Positions 29,639 to 36,600 of a stretch of DNA of 49,068 nucleotides are shown here, one piece after another. The translations under genes and the position numbers were made by a program. Below the pieces are notes generated by a model. The model worked only from the letters and a program-made list of their open reading frames with translations. It did not search any database and had not been told where the DNA came from. Position 1 is the first letter of the stretch. Every line of letters starts with the position of its first letter. This DNA is from Frankiaceae bacterium (GTDB taxonomy: Bacteria > Actinomycetota > Actinomycetes > JAFAQI01): assembly GCA_030840585.1 (NCBI GenBank), contig JAVEEG010000081.1, positions 1 through 49,068 of the forward strand. The letters run 5' to 3'.

Positions 29639-30853
29639 GTGGCACCCACGACCGCGCGGCCGAGGATCAGCGCGCTGCGGTTCGTCGCGTGGTTCGGCCT
29701 GGTCTCGGCCCTCGGCGACATCGTCTACGAAGGCGCCCGCAGCGTCATCGGCCCGTACCTCGCCACCTTCGGCGCATCCGCCGCGACCGTCGGCCTCGTC
29801 ACCGGCGTCGGCGAAGCGGTCGCGCTCGTCCTGCGGCTGGGCACGGGGCCGCTGTCGGACCGGACCGGCAAGCCGTGGCCGCAGACGATCGTTGGGTACG
29901 CGCTCACGATGCTCTGCGTGCCACTGCTCGCGCTTGCGGGTGGCACCGCGAGCGCCGCGGTGCTCTACAACGGCGAGCGGCTCGGCAAAGCGATCCGGTC
30001 GCCGAGCCGGGACACGATGCTCGCGCATGCGTCGGCGGTCGTCGGCGTCGGCCGTACGTTCGGTTTGCACGAAGCGCTCGACCAGACCGGCGCGCTCACC
30101 GGCCCGCTGCTCATCGCCGCGGTGCTGGCCCTCGGCGGCGGCTACTCCCTGGCGTTCGGGCTCCTGGCCATCCCCGGCGTGATCGCGCTGATCGTCCTCG
30201 CCCGGCTCCGCGCCGCGGCCCCGGACCCGAGCGAGTACGACCCGGCCGCACAGGTCTCCGATGCGAAGAAGCTCCGGCTCGATACCAAGCTGCCGGCCCG
30301 GTTCTGGCTCTACAGCGGCTTTTCCGCGCTGACGATGCTCGGGTTCGCGACCTGGGCCGTGCTCGCCTACCACCTGGTCCACCGGCACGTCATGTCCAGC
30401 TCGGTGATCCCGATCCTGTACGCCGCCGCGATGGGTGCGGCCGCGCTCGCGTCACTCGCGGTCGGCCGGCTCTACGACCGGGCCAGCTTCCGCGGTCTCG
30501 TCGTCATCCCGCTGCTGGCCGCCGCCGTACCGCCGCTGTCGTTCTCGACATCGGTCCCGGCGGTCGTGGTCGGCGCGGTCGTCTGGGGCGCCGGGATGGG
30601 GGTGCACGACTCGACGATGCGGGCCGCGGTCACCGACCTGGTCCCGCGGTCGCGTCGGGGTGCCGGGTACGGCACGTTCACCGCGATCTACGGCGTCGCC
30701 TGGCTGATCGGCGCCGCGATGATCGGGGCGCTGTACGACGTGAGCATCACCTCGATCGAGGTGGTCGTCGTCGCCGTACAAGTGGCCGCGCTGGCCGCGC
30801 TCGTGCCGCTGTTGCGGGCCGACCGGACCGCCCGGCTCAGTGCGCCGGTGTGA
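29639..30853 (+). CDS. MFS transporter
   Basis: About 12 TMs with a loop 2-3 motif, GPLSDRTGKPW. Confidence 0.8.
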   Translation: MAPTTARPRISALRFVAWFGLVSALGDIVYEGARSVIGPYLATFGASAATVGLVTGVGEAVALVLRLGTGPLSDRTGKPWPQTIVGYALTMLCVPLLALAGGTASAAVLYNGERLGKAIRSPSRDTMLAHASAVVGVGRTFGLHEALDQTGALTGPLLIAAVLALGGGYSLAFGLLAIPGVIALIVLARLRAAAPDPSEYDPAAQVSDAKKLRLDTKLPARFWLYSGFSALTMLGFATWAVLAYHLVHRHVMSSSVIPILYAAAMGAAALASLAVGRLYDRASFRGLVVIPLLAAAVPPLSFSTSVPAVVVGAVVWGAGMGVHDSTMRAAVTDLVPRSRRGAGYGTFTAIYGVAWLIGAAMIGALYDVSITSIEVVVVAVQVAALAALVPLLRADRTARLSAPV

Positions 30854-31778
30854 CCTGCGTGGCGCCCGCGTCCGGCCCGATGCACACCCGGTCCACGTAC
30901 TTCAGCCCGTCGATGCAGATCAGGCCGGTGTCGGACGCGCCGCGGTCGTGACCCTCCACGTCGATAGTCCCGTTCTTGTCCGGGCTGCGCAGGTGCAACC
31001 CGGGCCGACCGGCCGGGTGCGCCGCCCGGTGCACCGGCGCGGTGACGTGGTGGGACCCGGTGAGTGGACGGGTCAGCTGCCGGGCCACCGGAGCCCGGTC
31101 GGCAACCGGCTGGACCCGGACCGTTGCCGGAGCCACGTGCAAGCGCAGATGGTCGGACCCGGACCCGAACGGCGCGCCACCGGTGACGACCGTCACCAGC
31201 GCGACGCTCGCGACCGCGGCCGAGCTGAGGCCGAGGCTGGCCCGGTTGACCCGCGGCCGGAGCGCGCGGATCACGATGCCGGCCAGGCCGAAGCAGCCGA
31301 CCATCTCGGACAACCGGCGGCGCAACCGGTGCCGGCGAGCCCGTAACGCCGGCGACGCGGCCTCGGTGGCGACCTCGCCGTCGAGGCCGGCCATGACACA
31401 GCGCACGTCGTCGTAGGACATGGTGCCGAGCGCGCGGAGCACCCGGTCGAGCCGCATCCGGGCCTCGACCGTGTCGACCAGCTCGCTGCCGTCGTCGGTG
31501 TCGTCGCTGCAGCAGTCGAGCGAGACGCTACGACGAAGGCGCCGGTGCTGGTCGATCGCGGCGTTACGGGCGACGGTCATGCACCAGCGCATCAGGTCAT
31601 CGACGTCGGTGTGCGGGACCTGCCGGGTCAGCAACCGCTCGGCGACGTCCTGGACCGCGTCCTCCGCCGCGTGCGCCGAAACACCCCGCGAGCGCAGGAA
31701 GCGCAGCAGCCGCTTGCGCATCAGCGGCCACCACTCGGTCCACTCCGGCGTAACGGAAGTCGAGGTCGAACGTGTCAT
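30837..31778 (-). CDS. ECF sigma-like domain fused to a TM segment and a Cys-containing extracytoplasmic domain
   Basis: Region 2 (AEDAVQDVAERLL...WCMTVARNAAIDQHRR) and a degenerate region 4 (MSYDDVRCVMAGL...RARRHRLRRRL), followed by a hydrophobic stretch (LGLSSAAVASVALVTVVTGG) and a roughly 130-aa tail. ATG is at 31778. Confidence 0.6.
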   Translation of the reverse strand: MTRSTSTSVTPEWTEWWPLMRKRLLRFLRSRGVSAHAAEDAVQDVAERLLTRQVPHTDVDDLMRWCMTVARNAAIDQHRRLRRSVSLDCCSDDTDDGSELVDTVEARMRLDRVLRALGTMSYDDVRCVMAGLDGEVATEAASPALRARRHRLRRRLSEMVGCFGLAGIVIRALRPRVNRASLGLSSAAVASVALVTVVTGGAPFGSGSDHLRLHVAPATVRVQPVADRAPVARQLTRPLTGSHHVTAPVHRAAHPAGRPGLHLRSPDKNGTIDVEGHDRGASDTGLICIDGLKYVDRVCIGPDAGATQVTPAH

Positions 31779-31820
31779 TGACGTCAGCAGCTCGTGATCA
31801 AGCACCTCTAGGAGGACTTC

Positions 31821-32018
31821 GTGCGCGTCACCGCGCTTGCTCTTGTTGCCGTCAACATCGTCGTCGGATGGGCCGTAGCCGCCGGCCCCGCCAGCGCCAA
31901 ACTCGTCCCCGGCGTCATCACCGACAGAGTCGCACCGTTCCCGGTCTCGCAGTGCTACACGGTGACCACCAACCCGCCCACTGAGATCAAGCCGAGCGCC
32001 ACCGTCTGCCAGCCCTGA
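31821..32018 (+). CDS. Small secreted two-cysteine peptide (65 aa precursor)
   Basis: AGGAGGA lies 4 nt before GTG 31821. Signal peptide ...AAGPASA, then KLVPGVITDRVAPFPVSQCYTVTTNPPTEIKPSATVCQP. A terminator hairpin follows. Confidence 0.65.
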   Translation: MRVTALALVAVNIVVGWAVAAGPASAKLVPGVITDRVAPFPVSQCYTVTTNPPTEIKPSATVCQP

Positions 32019-32024
32019 CACCGC

Positions 32025-32051
32025 GCACCCCCACTCTCGTGGTGGGGGTGC
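32025..32051 (+). terminator. Hairpin terminator after the small peptide gene
   Basis: gcacccccac / gtgggggtgc, a 10-bp perfect stem with a 7-nt loop, followed by ttcgcc. Confidence 0.6.
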
Positions 32052-32090
32052 TTCGCCACGCGGCGGCGTATTCCTGCCGCGCGTAATCGC

Positions 32091-32118
32091 CGCCCGGCCG
32101 GCGGGGGCCGGCCGGGCG
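32091..32118 (-). terminator. GC hairpin just after the S8-like gene stop
   Basis: cgcccggccggc / gccggccgggcg, a 12-bp perfect stem with a 4-nt loop. Confidence 0.5.
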
Positions 32119-32121
32119 GTC

Positions 32122-33408
32122 CTAACCGCAGCGAGCGCTGGTGAACAACGCCTGCCGGGCAGTCGTTACGGCTGTCTGAGCGGTGTCGTCGTCGGACCGG
32201 TTGGGTTCGGCCGCTAGCCCGGCCAACACCCGGCGGGCCAGGGTCATGGTGGTCGCGTTCAGCGCGCCGTACCCCTCGATCGCGAACCCGGCCGGCTCCG
32301 GCAGGCTCGGTACCGCGACGTGGCGCAGCAGCGTCGACAGTTCGCCGCCGGTCAGCCGGCCGTCCGCGAGCGGGCCGGTGTGCGGCCGGCTGCCGGCGCT
32401 GCCCAGCCAGGCGAGCGCGCCGGAGTGGCCCGCGTTCGGGGTGTGCAGCTGGGCCCGGGCGGTGGCGATCAGGCTCGCGGCGCGGCCCGCGGTGAGCGGC
32501 GCGGCGCCGCTGGTGCCGCCGAAGTGCGCGCCGCCGGTGAGCGAGTCGGGGGACGCGGCGGTGAACGAGTAGAGGTCGCCGGTCACGTACGGCCGGGTCA
32601 CCTGGCCGGTCGCGAACGCCGGGTCGCTCTCCGACTGGTGCACCCCCATCCAGGGCGTGCCGTCGGAGTTGACCCCGCCGACTTGGTAGACGTCCGGCAG
32701 GCCGGGGGGCGGGTTAATCACGCCGCTCTGCTCGTCGTCGCCGGACCCGGCGAAGACCAGCCGGCCGGACGTCGCGAGCTGGTGGATGCCGGCGGCGCCG
32801 GAGCAGGTGAACGACGAGGGCTTGTTCGGATTGGCGGTGTCGACCTCGGTGATCGTGGCCGTGACCGCGATGTCGATCCAGGGCTGGTTGGCGACCCACG
32901 ACCACGCGTTGTCGCCGTCGCCGAGGACCACCACGAGTTCGGCGGTCGGCGCGGTGCCGTACTTGCGACCGACGGCCGAACTGGTGACGCCGGTTCCGTG
33001 CAGCCGGTCGGCGAGCAGGTCCGTCTCTTTCGGCGGCTGGTTGCCATCCGTCGCGGCGTACACCCCGATGATCCGGGTGCCGGCGACGCGGTAGAGGGTG
33101 TCCGGCGCGAGGTGGCCGAGCGGTCCGGACTCGCTCGCGCGGAGCCGGTCGGCGAACGCGCCGCTGCGCGGGAGCCGTACGACGCGGGCCGCGGGGTAGC
33201 CGGCCGGCAATGCCGGGTCGCGGCCGTCCGCGGTCGCGAAGTCGCTGTGCAGGACGTTCAGGCCCGCCTCGCCGACGACGGCGATCACGACGGGTCGGAC
33301 GGCGGGCTGCGCCTTGGGTGCCACCTTCGCCGCGGCCGAGCCGATGGCGACCGGCGCGCAGAACGAGGCAACGAGAAGCGGCAGCAACAACCGCTGGGAG
33401 ACTCGCAT
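32122..33408 (-). CDS. Secreted subtilisin-like (S8) domain protein with non-canonical catalytic positions
   Basis: Signal peptide, a His motif LHGTGVTSSAVG and a Ser motif GGTSGAAPLTAG. The Asp box instead reads VVGEAG, and the oxyanion Asn position reads AGSG. Confidence 0.65.
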   Translation of the reverse strand: MRVSQRLLLPLLVASFCAPVAIGSAAAKVAPKAQPAVRPVVIAVVGEAGLNVLHSDFATADGRDPALPAGYPAARVVRLPRSGAFADRLRASESGPLGHLAPDTLYRVAGTRIIGVYAATDGNQPPKETDLLADRLHGTGVTSSAVGRKYGTAPTAELVVVLGDGDNAWSWVANQPWIDIAVTATITEVDTANPNKPSSFTCSGAAGIHQLATSGRLVFAGSGDDEQSGVINPPPGLPDVYQVGGVNSDGTPWMGVHQSESDPAFATGQVTRPYVTGDLYSFTAASPDSLTGGAHFGGTSGAAPLTAGRAASLIATARAQLHTPNAGHSGALAWLGSAGSRPHTGPLADGRLTGGELSTLLRHVAVPSLPEPAGFAIEGYGALNATTMTLARRVLAGLAAEPNRSDDDTAQTAVTTARQALFTSARCG

Positions 33409-33502
33409 GCCAGCCCTCCCTTACCTGCGCCTTCTGCATCTGGCCGCACGACGGCGTCGTGGTTATCCCTTACAACGCTCGCGAAGAGCAAAGGATGTGG
33501 TC

Positions 33503-33539
33503 GGCGGTGCCGGCCCGGGGGGGGTGGGCCGGCACCGCC
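33503..33539 (-). terminator. Hairpin terminator downstream of the giant gene
   Basis: ggcggtgccggccc / gggccggcaccgcc, a 14-bp perfect stem with a 9-nt G-rich loop. On the minus strand it is followed by a ctttgctcttc tract. Confidence 0.6.
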
Positions 33540-33604
33540 GAGTTCAACTCACGGACCGGAAACGGTCTCGGTACATCGAGGAACACGCACCAGCCGGCGG
33601 GTCG

Positions 33605-36600
33605 TTACGGAACTATTTTTTCGACCCCGTACTGCTCTCGTCGCCGGCTCCGCAGGGCCAGTCCCGCGCCGGTCGCCATCGTCAATGTCGCCGCGGCCAG
33701 CATCCAGGCGGCATCGTCGCTCGACGAGCCGCTCCGCACCAGGGCGAGGCTGGCAACGGGGTCGGTCTGATCCTCGGGCGCGCCCGCACCCACGGCCTGG
33801 CTGAGCGGCTGGCTGGCGGGTTGCTGCGCCTCCGCCTGCCCCTGCGGCGGCGGGTGCGCGACGGCCACCCCGCGTTCGGGCGCCCCGCCGTCGTCGAGCC
33901 GCGCGGGCGGGATCAGCGGCGGCGGTACGAACAGGTGCCGGTGGGTGTGGTGCGGGGTGCGCACCGGGGTCGGCGTGGGCGCCGGAACCGCCGGCGGCAC
34001 GACCCCGCAGTCCGGGATCACCGGCGGGTCCGGCACCAGCAGCGGCGGCGGCGTGACCTTGACCGTCGGCAGCGGGTCGACCGTCGGCGACGGTGTCGGA
34101 TCGGTGTGCGCGGCACGGGCCGGACCGGCGGGGGTGGGCAGCGGCGGGATCGTCGTAGCGGTGCCGATCGGAGCGCAGCGCAGCCCGGGGTCGTAGCCCG
34201 TCGTGGTGGACATCCGGTCGACCGTCGTCCAGGTGCCCGTCGGGCCGTCGGCGACGCCGCCGGTGAGCACGTCCGTCCGGGCGGCCAGGTCGGCGAGTCG
34301 GGTACCGGGCTGCGGATCGCCGACCGCCGCGGCCGGCACCGACATCACGACGGTGTCGCCGCTGACGTGCCCGGTCGCGCTGCCGGCGACGGTCTCGGCG
34401 CGGCCGCTCGCGGTGGTGCCCCACTGGTAGCTGACCGTCGGGGCGCTGGCGTCGGCGGACGGCGCGCTCGGATCACCGGCCGCCGGCGACCGGGCCCGGA
34501 GGAAGTACTGCACGCCGCGGTTCGACCACGTCATGGTCCACGCCGACCCGGTCGCGCCGGTCGGCGGTACGGCGGAAAACCCGGCGACGTCGAGCGTTGC
34601 CGTCAGCGTCCCGCCGGCGACCTGGACGCCGAGCCGGCGGAGGTCGAGCGCGCTCTGGTTGCTCCCGGACCACTGCGCGTCTCCGGCGCGGTCGCTGCCC
34701 TGCGGCGCGCAGCGCGCCGGCCCGCTGCTGGTGGCCGGCGGCGCGGTGCTGCAGGTGCGAGCGGTGGCGTGCGCCAGCAGGCTCGGGCCGGTGCACTGCC
34801 GGGTCATGGCGATGCCGGCCGTGGACCCGTCGTCGTGCATGCCGCGCGACTCGGAGTACGCGACGATCGCGCGGCCGGTCCGCGGGTCCATCGCGACCTG
34901 GATGCCGCTGCCGGCTTCGGCCGGTCCGGTGGGGCCGAACCAGCCGCAGATGTTCCCCACCGTCTGGCACAGCCCGCCCTCGTGCACCGCGGACTGGCTG
35001 ACCACGCTCTGCGCGAACGTCGGGTGGGCCGCTTTCGCGTCCGTCGACGTGGCGAGGTAGACCCACCACTGGTGGTCCGGCGTCGCGATGTCGCGGCCCG
35101 GCGCCGTACTGCCGTAGAACGCCACCGCGACCCGGCCGTCGTCACCGGCGACGATCGCGGGGTAGGCGGCATTCGGCACGCCACTGTCGACCTGCGTCGG
35201 CTTCGACCAGGTAGCGCCGTGATCCGTGCTGTGACTGAGCACGATGTGATGACCGTCGTCCCACGCGAGATAGGCGGTGCCACCGGCATCGACCGCGAGT
35301 TGCGGCAGGCCGTGATAGCCGAAGCAGTACGCCTCGCTGACCCAGCCAGCATCGGTCCGGCACGGCAGTGTCTCGAGGACAGACGGCTTGGCCCAGGTGA
35401 GGCCGCGGTTGGTGGTCGCGACGGTCTCGATCGTCGACGCCGACGTGTCCTCGAATCCGGTGCACGAGTAGGTCGGCCCGATGAGGTGCTGGCAACCGGT
35501 GATCGTCGTGGGAAACACCGGCACGAGGCCGTCCGCACCGCGCATGACCGGTTGCGACGTCAGCCGGGGGGCCAGGCCGTACTCCGGCAGCCCGGTGTCG
35601 ACCACGTGGGTGAGCTGGACGTACTGCGTCCCGCCGCGGCTAAGGGCGAAGTCGACGACGCCGTCCGACGTGTCCTGGAAGACCATGCCGCTGGTGTCGC
35701 CATCGATCGCGACGACGGACGGGTTGTCGAGGTCACCGGTCGGCGTCGTCGTAAGCGCCGCGTTCGGGCTGGTGAGAAAGGTGTGCGCGCCGTCGCGCGA
35801 CGCACCGGCCGTGACGTTCGACGTCGGGAAGCCGGCCTGCTCGGAACCGCTGCCGAACACCAGTCGATCCGCGCTGCCGGTCGGTGGGGCGAGCGCAGTG
35901 CTGCCCGGCGGCGAGGCGGCAATCGAACACGTGCGGCTCGATTTCGCCGCTGCATAGGCGAGGTCCGGCTCGCCGAGGTAGATCGGCGCGTCATGACCAC
36001 GGGCATCTGCGTCGAGTGCGTACGACCAGACGGCACACGGCATCGACCGCGCGGTGCCGCCGAGGTCGAACACGCTGAGCCCCCGACCAGGTCCGGACAT
36101 CGGTGACATCGCGTACACGTTGCCCGCAGCGTCGACCGCGAGGCTCGCGTCGGTGCTCTCCTGGCCCAGGTTCGGCAGCCGTACGGCGGGGGTGAAACCC
36201 CAGCCGGCCCCGCGGATCGGTGCGACATCCGGCCGCAGCGGCGCCGCGGCCACATGGGTGATCCGCCGGACCCGGCCACTGAGCACATCGGTGACGACGA
36301 GGTTGCCGGCCGGATCGAGCTGCATGCTGTGCAGGCCGGCGAAGCAGGCCGTGGCCGCGGCACCGCCGTCGGCACATTCACCACCGATGAACCACCACGC
36401 GGCGGCCGCGCTGCCGAAGCTGTACACGTCGTAGATGTTCCGGCTCACGCCGGCGATCGTGCCGACAACGCCGTCCGGATCCACCCGCCGGATGCGGTTG
36501 GTGAACTCGGCCACGTAGACACTTCCGTCGCGGTCGACCGCGAGGCCGAACGGCAGCGCGAACGCGGCCTCGCGACTATGGCTGCCGTCGCCGTAGCTAC

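Noticed and set aside
28443-30182. 579-aa plus-strand ORF spanning the Fpg, zincin and MFS loci
   Set aside because: It is antisense or off-frame to three genes with clear motifs (PELPEV and a zinc finger, HExxH, MFS), and its sequence is low-complexity Ser/Arg/Pro.
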